A stretch of 64,000 bases of DNA. Source: Tubulanus polymorphus (taxonomy: Eukaryota > Animalia > Nemertea). The stretch covers positions 20,556,150 through 20,620,149 of the forward strand of contig NC_134026.1 of assembly GCF_964204645.1 (NCBI RefSeq), read 5' to 3'. The notes beneath the pieces were generated by a model that had not been told where the DNA came from, did no database searches, and saw only the letters and a list, made by a program, of their open reading frames with translations. Shown here piece by piece: positions 37,647 to 48,286 of the stretch; within the stretch, counting starts at the first letter, position 1; every line of letters starts with the position of its first letter. A program made the position numbers and the translations under genes.

Positions 37647-40600
37647 ATGATAGATAAGGTGGCAAAGCTTATATGCGTCAGCGTCGTCGCTGGTGGTAGT
37701 GCGACCCTCTTGATATGGAACAAGAAGACTGGTTCTCATCTGAAAGGAATTCATAGATACCGCGATCCAAGTTTGGGGGAAATGGTTTCTGTAAATGGCT
37801 GTGCACTTCCTAAACAGGTTTATGATAGTGTCGGAAAAATAAAGGCATTTCCAGTTCGTGAGAGCGATATCTTTGTAGCAACGTTTCCTAAATCTGGTAA
37901 GAATAGACATCAAACCCAATGTGTAGAAGGATAGATATTTATACAGTTGAACCTCGTCAATGCAATTCTGTTTATGATGAAACCACCTAACTACAATGAT
38001 TTGCAGCATGTCTCAGCTAAGATATTTGCAATTTATCAATCAAGCTTTGGATGAAACCAGTTTAATATGACGATTTCACTTGCCCACAAGTAATGAGCTG
38101 GTTCCAGAGTATTTACAACGCCGATGATAATACAAAGGTTCCACATTCTTTTGAAATGTTGGCAGCGTTTTCAGACATGTAGTGGGGGTTCGAATGAACT
38201 TTATCGTACCAGAATGCTGAAAGGTCATATAGGCCTACAGTAGAATTCGCTTTCACTCAGATTTTTCAATCCTGATTTTCAATCAATTCGGATGAAATGT
38301 TTGGTCCATTTAACCTGGAACCATGTAAATTATTATTCATAATTCGGATTTTCAAACTAATCTGGGCAGTCACTAGTCATCCGAATTAAGTCAGTTCTAT
38401 TGTATCCAGGATATGAAATTGTCCCTTTTCACAAGTTTGGGTTTGTAAAAACCAATTCTTTGTCACTGATACTTTTTATTTTGAGGTTCAACCGTATGAT
38501 TTGAAATTTCCATGTTCCACAGACGTAGATTCTACCTCAAGAAAATAAGTAATACATTGTAACACACTTTACTACAGTTTAAGGCTGAATATTAAGTCAA
38601 CCCCAGTACCCCCTTTGCTTATACGCCAACATTTTCATATTCACATAATCATGAACAGGATTTTATGGCAAAAAAGATCTCGAGCTAGTTTCACGCATTT
38701 TTGAGCATTTCATTGCAATTTTATTGTGTCGGGCGTACTGTAAAATGGGACCGCGATGTACAGTCCTTCTTTTAATCATTCTCTCGTGAATTTTAGGAAC
38801 AACGTGGGTACAAGAAATCGTGTATTTAATAGAATCGGACCTAGATTTCCAGACGGCTAAATCTACGCGTATTGATGATCGCTTCCCGTTCTTGGAGTTC
38901 CCCTGTCCTGGAATGAAGACTATTGGCAAATCTGCTTCTCCGCGTTTCATAAAAACGCATCTACCTTGGCAGCTCTTACCCGACGAAGTTTACACTAAGA
39001 AGCCAAAGGTAATCAATCATATATCATCGTATATAATATACTTGTCAACAGAAATGAATATCCGCTGGGTAAGAACTTGAAGGCATTTTACCTAGGGGAT
39101 ACTTCTACTCAGGGGGATGGATACTTGTAGAGGATTTTCTTCAAAGTCTTACGTTCGTTTAGATACTTTAGCGACATGTAGTATACGTATGTCTTTTTTA
39201 CGTTTAAACTTTCGGCTACACTACCGTCCTCCCACGGCAGGGATTCGAACCTGATGGCATCGCTACACTCCGCCACTGCCGAACTGTGGCAATCTCGATG
39301 CCATCAGGTTCGAATCCCTGCCGGAGGAGGATATTTACATGTGTATTTTGTGACTTTTTCATAAAGTTTTTGCTTAAATGGGAAACGTTTAAATCAAGGT
39401 ATACAGCATATACATGTTCAGCGACCGCCGAGTCGCCGGCAAAAGTTTATATCGTAAAATGCCTTTCATTCAACTATTTATTTTAAATGTTCTTTTAAAA
39501 ACTAACATTGAACATCATCAGTTCACCAGTCTAAATAAACTTGGTAAACAAACATGGTCATACGTCTGAATGGCAAGACATTGAGGCATTTGACACCGTT
39601 GGTTATTGCGAGATTTACCGAGAGTTTTTGCCATACGTACATAGACGCTTCCTATGTGGCTGCTTCCTAAATCCCAGTATGAGCTCATCGAAACGTCTAT
39701 TTTTTGATTGAGTCTGGTCGGCCGTGATTCTAGACGAGTGATACAAATGGAGCATTCTATTCGATGATGACATAGTAGTAGTTAGGAGTAGGAGACAGCC
39801 ATGTGGATATATCTACCTGTATTATGTTACAAGAAAACCGTCAACTATAGACGCTCACTTCAATCTACTTGTATTGTTATTGCCGCCGTTACATCTTCTT
39901 GTCATCTCGATCAAATTGAATATTGTTTTGGAAAATAGATTTTCTCAGTACATACATTATATATACTGAGACTGTGTAGTTGTATGGCTCTTTTTGAAAT
40001 ATGACTTCGCAATGTATACTGTATGGTCCTTGATTCAGCGATACTTGTCGCCGGGAATCATTATCGATGATGTAAATCAAGTTTCATATACTGTAAAGCT
40101 GTGTATACATTTAAGTAACGTAGAATGATTGATCTCCCGAGAAATGTTTGCAGATCTATATCAACGTGTTACCAGTATATGCCAAATTTATTTCGAAGAG
40201 GAATTTTCGAATATATTCGCGTATGCAATTACACGTAGCCTATAAAACATGCTTAGGGACTGTCCATAAAGGACGCCACACAAAATTACAAAGTTTCCAC
40301 CAAAGTCCACATCTTCCCCCTCGACCTTGGAAGTCTTTTAGAGCGCCCCTAACTTCTATATGGTACACACTAGATTTGATATCGGGATATGGAGTTTACT
40401 TCTTCATTGGTCATCAACTTAAATAAACTCTAGGCGTTAATTTTTCAGATAATCTATGTAGCCAGAAATGCGAAAGATGTGTCTGTGTCCTACTACCATT
40501 TTTGTCGCACATTGACGTTTCTGAATTTTGACGGCGACTTCACTGAGTTTTTCCGCATGTTCGTCGATGGAACCGGTTCGTATTATTGCGCATACAAAAA

Positions 40601-41965
40601 AGGACTTTGATGGACATTATCGTTCGCTGCTGTCCGTTTGCACTAACTTCTTTAATAACTGCGGCTAAGTTTTAAAGAATTGCCATGCCGCAGGCCCCTG
40701 AACTGAAGATTTTGGTTTTTAGGCCTATCTTACGAAAGACTACTGTATTTTTATGAATTTTTCAGTTTCTTACGGACCTTGGCGGGATCACATCACTGAT
40801 TACTGGGAAGCAAGGAATGAGGCGAATATCTTGTACTTGACCTACGAGGAACTTCAACAGGTAGGTTTACTGCAGTGCCAGTGTAAAGCATGAATATCTT
40901 ACGTTTGCCGAAAAAAGTTTCTTTTCATCCTGTAATTGTGTGGCAGACAAGTCAATGGTTATAAGGTACATGAAACAACGCCCAAGTTACTATTTCGACA
41001 CTACCTAAGCTATACACACCTGGGGCCAGTTGCACAGTCGTGACTTAAGTCCAAAAGTGGTCTTAAATCTTAAGACTGGTCTTAAGTTGTTGGATTGGCT
41101 ATAGAACTTAGTTGGTCTTAGACTGGTCTTAAGTCTAAGCCATGACTATGCAACCGGCCCCTTGGGCCAGTTGCTCAATAGTTGGTTAGAGTAAACCAGT
41201 ACAGTGGATTGTTGACATAGCGACATAACAATTGAAATGGTATTGTATCATCCGGTTATCTTTAACCAACTTCTGAGCATCTGGCCCCTGTATTATTGCC
41301 GGAGTAACCCCAAAATTTACCCAATGAGTTATGAAATCAAGTTGCTTTCTCGTAAGGGTCACGTACGAGCTTAGTGCCTAAAGCAAACATTGATTCTTCG
41401 TTGTTTTTGCAATTCCCCACCGCATACATGTATGATAAATCCCCTGATTATCACGTGTATATTTACATGAATATTATTGATTTCAGGATGTGCACAGCGT
41501 TATCGGGAAGATCGCAGATTTTCTGGGAAAACCGCTGAACGACGAGCGTATAAAGTTAATCGCTTTCCACTGTCGTTTCGACAACATGAAACGCAATACC
41601 GCCATCAACTATAATTGGCTTAAAGAAATGGGCATCGCCAGTAAAGAAAGTCCGTTCATGCGAAAAGGTTACTTATCGCTGATAAACATCTTAAGAAATC
41701 CCTGAAACTCTTTGATTTCATGTAGATAAATTGAGACATAAACTAGCATCATAATCTAGCTGTGGCCATTTAAAACAGTATTTCATATTTTTCATCATAT
41801 TCGTTATATGTATATTTCTTTGTAGGCATCACGGGTGATTGGAAAAATTACTATTCAAAAGAGATGTTCGATGAAATTGAAGATTACGTAGACAAATACG
41901 TTCCAGCCGACTTGAATCGCCGAATGGTAGTCTCCACGGCCGCTGGTCGAAACGATAAGACTTGA
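37647..41965 (+). CDS. Cytosolic-type (SULT1-like fold) sulfotransferase, ~334 aa, with N-terminal hydrophobic segment
   Basis: Exons 37647-37896, 38797-39008, 40449-40575, 40766-40860, 41487-41667 and 41826-41965 are in frame (1005 nt). 5'PSB TFPKSGTTW, catalytic KTHLP, 3'PB ARNAKDVSVSYYHF, YGPW.DH, FMRKGITGDWKN. Confidence 0.95.
38239..38402. mobile_element. Short pogo/Tigger-like MITE in SULT intron 1
   Basis: TA|cagtagaa ... ttctattg|TA. Confidence 0.5.
39227..39331. mobile_element. Short fold-back element with tRNA B-box in both inverted arms
   Basis: cggcagggattcgaacctgatggcatcg / cgatgccatcaggttcgaatccctgccg is a perfect 28-bp IR; same family as 44968-45304. Confidence 0.8.
41021..41290. 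mobile_element. Two adjacent palindromic MITEs (ggccagttgc termini) in SULT intron 4
   Basis: ggggccagttgcacagtc..gactatgcaaccggcccc followed by gggccagttgctca..tgagcatctggccc; a related half-copy lies at ~62540-62625. Confidence 0.7.
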
Positions 41966-41999
41966 TTAAAGCAGTTTGCTCCCTCTGTGTCATCCGCTT

Positions 42000-44160
42000 C
42001 CTACACAGAGATTCCAACTAGATTATCTTTTCAATTTTGAAATTTTGGAAAACTCGTCTCTGTCTTCCTTGTTAAAACACGCTAGGCATGGCCCGAGCTA
42101 TCCAACCGATGGCAGAATCGCCTCTTTGCACTTGCGATGTCCGGTCTCCTCTCGGTGTCAGTTCTTGAAAATCTTGATGCAAATGCGCGTCTGTTTTCTG
42201 GCACTACTTGAAGCGGACTACGCTGTATCGATTGCAAAAGCTACCGACGACTTCAGCGCGTCAGACCACGCTCAATATTTTGATATGCTTGAAAACGCAA
42301 TTGAATGGAAAATTTAATCAGTTCATTCCTCTTTGTCAACGCTTTTGGCGTACGCGTTGAACGGTTAAAAATCGCATAAAAGAAGTGAAACAATAAGAAT
42401 TGTATTATTCAACGACAGTATAAGCTCCCTTTTTGCAGGATAGAGAACTTTAATTTGATTTTCGAGGGAAAAATCTATTCTCTTTTGCTGATCATAGAAT
42501 GATCCGATTCGGAACTGTTTTCATGCGTCAGTGAATTGGTGTTTTTTTTTCAAGCCGCAAGTAACTTAATCAGTTGATGCCTTGTGACTTTTTGAATGCT
42601 GTGCATTTTCCTGTTTTAAAAAACTTAAATGAAATTATAGTTTCGTAGAAATAAAGCTAAAAAACTTGCATATATATGTGTTATGTCTTGTGGTCGCTAA
42701 CGTCTGTGCTTAGATGCAGTAAACATTTAATATTATTATTCAATGTATTTTCTTATTCATTAATTTTGTAAAAATTTTACTCGAAAATAAATCATATCAT
42801 ATCGTATCATAAACCTCACCTCTGAAAACCGACGGGTAAAATTGGTCCCAGCTAAACATAAGTCCGAATGAAGAAACGGAAACACATTAGGAAGACGGAA
42901 AGTGATTCCGTTTTTGTCCTAGTTTGCCATGTCCCTAGTAAGCGAGGTTTGCTGGGACACTTTTTGGTACTCGGATCTTTGATATACATTCAATACTTTA
43001 TGGAAAATATAACCATGGACGTATAAACTAGTCAAAATAGCATCGCGTCTAAAGCCGGGCTTAAGTCGGCCTTGCGACGGCTTGCGACTTCACTGCGACG
43101 CGATTCACTGCGACGATCGCGTCGCAACGACTCGCCGACCTACGCTACCTTGCGACTGGCAGCGACGCCAGTCGCAATGAGTAGCACATGTTCTACTTTC
43201 TGCGACGCGACCGTCGCAACCGACCTACGCGCTCTTGCGACTGGGAGCAACTAGTCGCTGGAAATCGCATCGCAACCGACTTACGCCCCCACTTGTGACG
43301 CAACGCGACGATCGCGTCGCGTTGCAAGGTCGACCTACGCTAGGTCCGTGATCTAACTGACCATGTTCTTATCTAGTCAGGCTTCGTTTACCCTGATATC
43401 TACTTCTGGAACAAGTGCCAAAATTTTCAGACTATTTATAACGGACTGATTTTGTACGATCAATTGTGTTAAGGCCGGCATTGCTTGCGTGCATCTCGCC
43501 GAAATTTACCTTGTGCATCTTTGAATTATAGATTTTACGATATTCCGTGAAAAAGCCACGCCTTCGAAACCTGAATGGAATTGGAGAATTTAGGTTACAA
43601 GTGCTACATGTAATAGCGTGTATTTTCTCTCAGAACAGGATTATTGCGATCAGACATATCGAATGTATACCACAGAAGTGGTTAAACCCAATCCATTATT
43701 TCTGAAAAAAAACATGAAACGACGTGAAGGAAGAAATGTGCATTTTAGACCACACAGACAACCTGGAGGATATATCTATGCATGGATATTTGAAATATTT
43801 CTTGAGCATTGTTTCCTCATTTGAGATTTTCTTGAGATTTTTTATCGCGTCAATATAGTTATGGATTCAAAACCGATTTTTGCCGCTTTCCTGGTGAACA
43901 TAACTTACCAGGATCCCATTCCTGACGTTTCTGGGTTGCAGGTTCGCTGTTATCGCCAACTACAAGACTGGTAGAAGCGAAAATCGCAATTGCCATAGCA
44001 AGCAACAAAACTATAAGAAAAGATGATCAATCGCACATGTTATCGTACGTACATTGTTTTCTCCTTGCGTTGAGCTGGGTTGTTACCTAATTGACGAACC
44101 AGTGCAAGACCTATGTCCAGATATATCATTTTTGAGAAACTGATGATCCAGACTTACCGT
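42000..44160 (-). pseudogene. Decayed spliced gene for a secreted protein, copy A
   Basis: Minus-strand exon 43909-44054 reads ..FLIVLLLAMAIAIFASTSLVVGDNSEPATQKRQEWDP|GTAAG (signal-peptide-like) but has a stop and frameshift after the ATG. Further short AG/GT-bounded blocks lie at ~43511-43519, ~43362-43405 and ~42820-42851. Confidence 0.45.
43050..43346. mobile_element. MITE with tgcgac/gtcgca internal repeats
   Basis: Dense inverted tgcgacg/cgtcgca repeats; absent from the duplicate segment (~46470). Confidence 0.7.
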
Positions 44161-44626
44161 TTCGAATGAGCAAGTTGATTACTGACATCTTCGTTGTATG
44201 ATCCACTGTCATTGAATACGATTGAATTGAACACACCGATCCAGTCGGTATTTATTGAAGAAAAGTATTGATTCAGATGTTTCGGGCTTCGGACAATTAA
44301 ACACGTCGTATTTAAACTGATAAACTCATTAAACACTAATTGATCATTGTCATGATTTATTTATTCAGTTATTAGAAACGAAAATAAGAACGTCAGGATA
44401 ATAATAATATTGTAAGTAGTATTCCCCTTCCCTTAAGCTACCTACTCATCAAAGCAGTCATATGTATGTTATAACCGATACTTGTGTTAACTAGTTCGAG
44501 TTCAACGAATATTCGAGTTGAGAGAATTCAAATGTACGGTTTAACATAGGAGACAGGAAAAAATTCAGATTTTCGACTTTAAAGGATAGAAGTTGAGAGG
44601 AGTATACTGTACATGCGTTATGTCAA

Positions 44627-44890
44627 GATGTGCACAGCGTTATCATGAAGAGCGCAGATTTTCTGGGAAAACTGCTAAAATCGTTTTATCGTAGCCATTT
44701 AAACAGTATTTCATGTTTTTCATCATATACGTTATATGTATATTTCTTTGTACGTATTGTAAGCATCACGAGTGATTGGGAAAATCACTATTCAAAAGAA
44801 ATGTTTGAGAAAATTGAGGATACGTATAAAAATACGCTCCAGACGACACGTTCCAGACGATCCAACGAATGGTATAGTGTCCGCGGCCAC
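44627..44890 (+). pseudogene. Sulfotransferase pseudogene fragment (parts of exons 5 and 6)
   Basis: DVHSVIMKSADFLGKLL followed by a deletion; ITSDWENHYSKEMFEKIED copy of the last exon with a damaged acceptor and G-to-S in the GxxGDW motif; no upstream exons. Confidence 0.85.
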
Positions 44891-44909
44891 ACACGGCTGA
44901 ATGCAGCTC

Positions 44910-45530
44910 CGTAGCAGGGAACACACTGGGCGATTTCGTCGGGCGATTTAGTTGCACGACGCAATCGCACTCCCCCGGCAGGGATTCGAACCTGATGGCA
45001 TCGAGATTGCCACGGTACGAAACCCTGCCACACTAGACCTAGTGCGCACCACGCGCGGCTTAGATGATGTCATTATCAGCCAATCAGATATCCAGTTTTA
45101 TTTTATCTCGGGATTTCCCGTTTGTAGTTCTTCCGTGAAATTTACCTCGGCGATTATACAACGAGCAATCTGATTGGTGCCGCAAGTTTTCGTGCAGCAA
45201 AGCTGCGCATGTACCTGCGCACCTGGTCTACTATGGCAGTGGTCCGTGCCGTGGCTGAGTGTAGCGATGCCATGAGGTTCGAATCCCTGCCGTAAGAGGA
45301 TATGCGCAATCGTCGGTAAGATCGCCTAGTGTGTGAGGCTACGGCGATCGTTTGCCTCGAGTGCCGTATTCAACCGGCCAGTCACGGCTTTTCAACGCGC
45401 AGCGGCGCACTCAGTCGCCCGATAGCGTCGCCTAGTGTGTCAGCTATCCTTAAGGCGATCAAATCGGCGAGGAAATCTTCGGTGACTGAATCGGGTGATT
45501 GTGTCGGCTGAATAAACCAGTGTGTCTGGG
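44910..45530. mobile_element. MITE (acacactgg...ccagtgtgt) hosting a nested insertion
   Basis: Inverted acacactgg / ccagtgtgt ends and gcgat/atcgc sub-repeats; absent from the first duplicate at ~41950. Confidence 0.6.
44968..45304. mobile_element. Nested non-autonomous DNA transposon, CA...TG ends, 8-bp TSD (hAT- or P-type), tRNA-box-containing TIRs
   Basis: TSD cgcaatcg at 44960-44967 and 45305-45312; TIRs contain ggattcgaacc / ggttcgaatcc. Confidence 0.8.
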
Positions 45531-47470
45531 ACTGTGTCATCCGCTTCCTACGCAGAGACTCCAAATAGATAATCTTTTCAACTTTGAAATTTTGGAAAAC
45601 TCGTCTCTTCGTCTTCCTTACCAAAACATTCTGGGCAGGGCCTGGGATCTTTACTCGAGGGCAAAATCGTCCCCTTTGCACTTACGATATCAGGCTCCTC
45701 GATGAGTCAGTTCTTTTCGGAAAATTTTGATGCAGATGCGTCTTTCCGGCACAACTACCTGTTAGTGGAGCGCACTGCGGTGTATCGATTGGAAAAACGC
45801 TAACGACGGCGTCAGCGAGTTTCAAGACCACGTTCAATTAAGAATAATAAGATATGCTTGAAAACGCGATTGAATGGAAAATTTAATCAGTTCATTCCTC
45901 TTTGTTAACGCTTTTGGCGTACGCGTTGAACGGTTTAAAAACGTATAAAAGAAGTGAAATAATAAGGATTGTCTTATACATCGACGACAGTATAAGCTCC
46001 CTTTTGCAGGAAAGAAAACTTTAATTTGATTTTCGAGAGAAAAAATCTATTCTCTTTTGCTGATCATAGAATGATCCGAGAACTGTTTTTATGCGTCAGT
46101 GAATTGATGTTTTTTGTCAAGCTGCGAATGGATTAATTAAATGTAGTTGATACCTTGTGACTTTTTGAATGCTGTTCATTTTCTTGTTATAATTAAAACT
46201 TAATGGAATTATAGTTTCGTAGAAATAAAGACAAAATACTTCCATATGTTATGACTCGTGGTCGCCAACGTCCGTACCTTGATATACAAGATATTACAGT
46301 AAACCTCACCTAACCCGGAAAACTGGTCCTAGTTAAACAAATACCGGAATGAAGAAACGGAAATACACATTAGCAAGTCAGAAAGCGATTTCGTGTTTGC
46401 CCGAGTAGGCGAGGTTTGCTGGATACTTTTTGATTCTCGGTTCTTTCCAATAAATTCAATACTTTTATGGAAAATCTAACTGACCGTGCTCTCATCCAGT
46501 CGGCTTTGTTTAACCTGACATCTATTTCTGGAACAAGTGCCAAAATTACCAGACTATGATATTTTTAACGGACTGACTTACAACGATCAATTATATTAAG
46601 GCCGGCCTTGCGTGCATCTCGCTAAAATTTACCTTGTGGATGGTTGAATTATAGATTTTGACATAATCTATGAAAGAACAGCGCCTTCTTGGAGATGTCT
46701 TTTTCTCGAATCGTATTTATGTGTGTATATTAATTATTTGTTATTAGAGAGAATAAAGCATTCATTCATTCCTTCAGCCTTAGTCAGAACGTGGACGACA
46801 GAAGATAAACGTAAATACAAACTTGGAGAATATACGTAGGTTTACAAGTACATGTAAATAGTGTGTATTTCTCTCAGAACAGGAAGATCGCTATCAGAGA
46901 TATCTAGACCGATATATTCCAGTGGTTAGAAGTGGTTATATCCACTCCATTGTGGCTGAAAAAATATGGAAACACGTAAAATATTAAGGTTGGAATATAC
47001 ATTTTAGAACACCCGAACAACCAGGATACATCTACTGGATATTCACAGTACGATTTTAGGTACTGTTCCCTCAAGTGAAAAAGACTAGTTAAGAAAAATC
47101 TCCCTAGTCATGTGGATGCCAAAAAGAAATGATATTGCATTTCCTTGATAGGGTCGCTTGCGATTTGTTTTTTTTTTCGTGTCAGTAGTTATGGATTCGG
47201 AACCAATTTTCACCGCTTTGCTTGTGGTCTAATCTTACCGGGATCCCATTCCTGGCGCGTTTGGGTTGCAGGTTCAGTGTTATCACCGACTACAAAACTG
47301 GTAGAAGCGAATGTTGCAATCGCCAAAGCAAGCAACAAAACTATAGACAAAGATAATCGTACATGTCATTGTATATGGTTTTCTCCTTGCTTTGAGCTGG
47401 GTGGTTACTACGAAACAGTGCAGGCGCAAAATATCAATTGAGAAACAGATGATCGAGACTCGGCCTACCG
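45530..47470 (-). pseudogene. Decayed spliced gene for a secreted protein, copy B
   Basis: Minus-strand exon ~47239-47370 HVRLSLSIVLLLALAIATFASTSFVVGDNTEPATQTRQEWDP|GTAAG has no in-frame ATG; downstream blocks are homologous to copy A with different lesions. Confidence 0.4.
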
Positions 47471-48286
47471 TTTCGAACGAGCAAGTTGATAACTGTCATC
47501 TTCGTTCAACGTGATAACGCTTTGCAGAGGTCCCGCGCCACCGCGACACGTTTTCGCAACGCAGCCTGATACCGGCTAGCATGTGTATTGGCGTAATTTT
47601 TCCCATCACGGCAGTCAATCATTGACTAGAGGGATGGGGCATTTCAGTAATGATTGAAGTTCGAGCAAATCAGTGCACGTCGGGTGCAAGGGCTAACTGA
47701 AGTTGGTAATGGTTGATAATTGTTCTTAATCACTCTCTTCGCTTATCTCATCCTCATTATTTTTCATCATCTTTTCTATTCTTTTCTTGCTTTTTCTCTC
47801 CGTCTCCTTTTTTGATTTTCAAGGGTGCTTGCTATAGCGGCCTTATGGCCTTTGCTTGGCCCTCATAGGAAAGCCTTCTTAATTTCATTTTTGTTCTATT
47901 TGTAAATATTCTCATAATATGCTTTCTTGTGAAATAAATTGAAATTGAAATTTTTACTGAATTTTCACTTTTTACTGAACTGCTTACAATTCGTCTGAAA
48001 TAACATGTCATAACACATAATAGAAGTTAAAAAAACGATATTTTTTAGAATTAGAAATTAACGTATTCTGTTATTTTTCGGCGGAATCGCCTCGTAGGAA
48101 AGTCAACCAATAACTTAAACGCGTTTGAACTTATTATTAATGAGGCCGAGGACGGTTTCAGAGAAACTTATCGTTCTCTCCCGCAACCTCTACGGCGGTA
48201 CTTACGAATGAAATGACACTCGAGCGTCGCAACGCGTCAATCGTTGGCATAGAATCACCGTCACCAGAAGCCGATGAGAAACAGTC

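Larger units (their letters stand above)
41487..47510. repeat. Diverged tandem duplication (~41487-44200 vs ~44627-47510)
   Basis: Collinear homologous blocks, e.g. gatgtgcacagcgttatc (41487/44627), ctgtgtcatccgcttccta (41985/45531), gaatggaaaatttaatcagttcattcctctttg (42303/45872), gggttgcaggttc (43933/47263). Confidence 0.9.

Noticed and set aside
39227-39331. tRNA gene call from GGTTCGAATCC
   Set aside because: No cloverleaf or anticodon arm; the B boxes are parts of inverted repeats.
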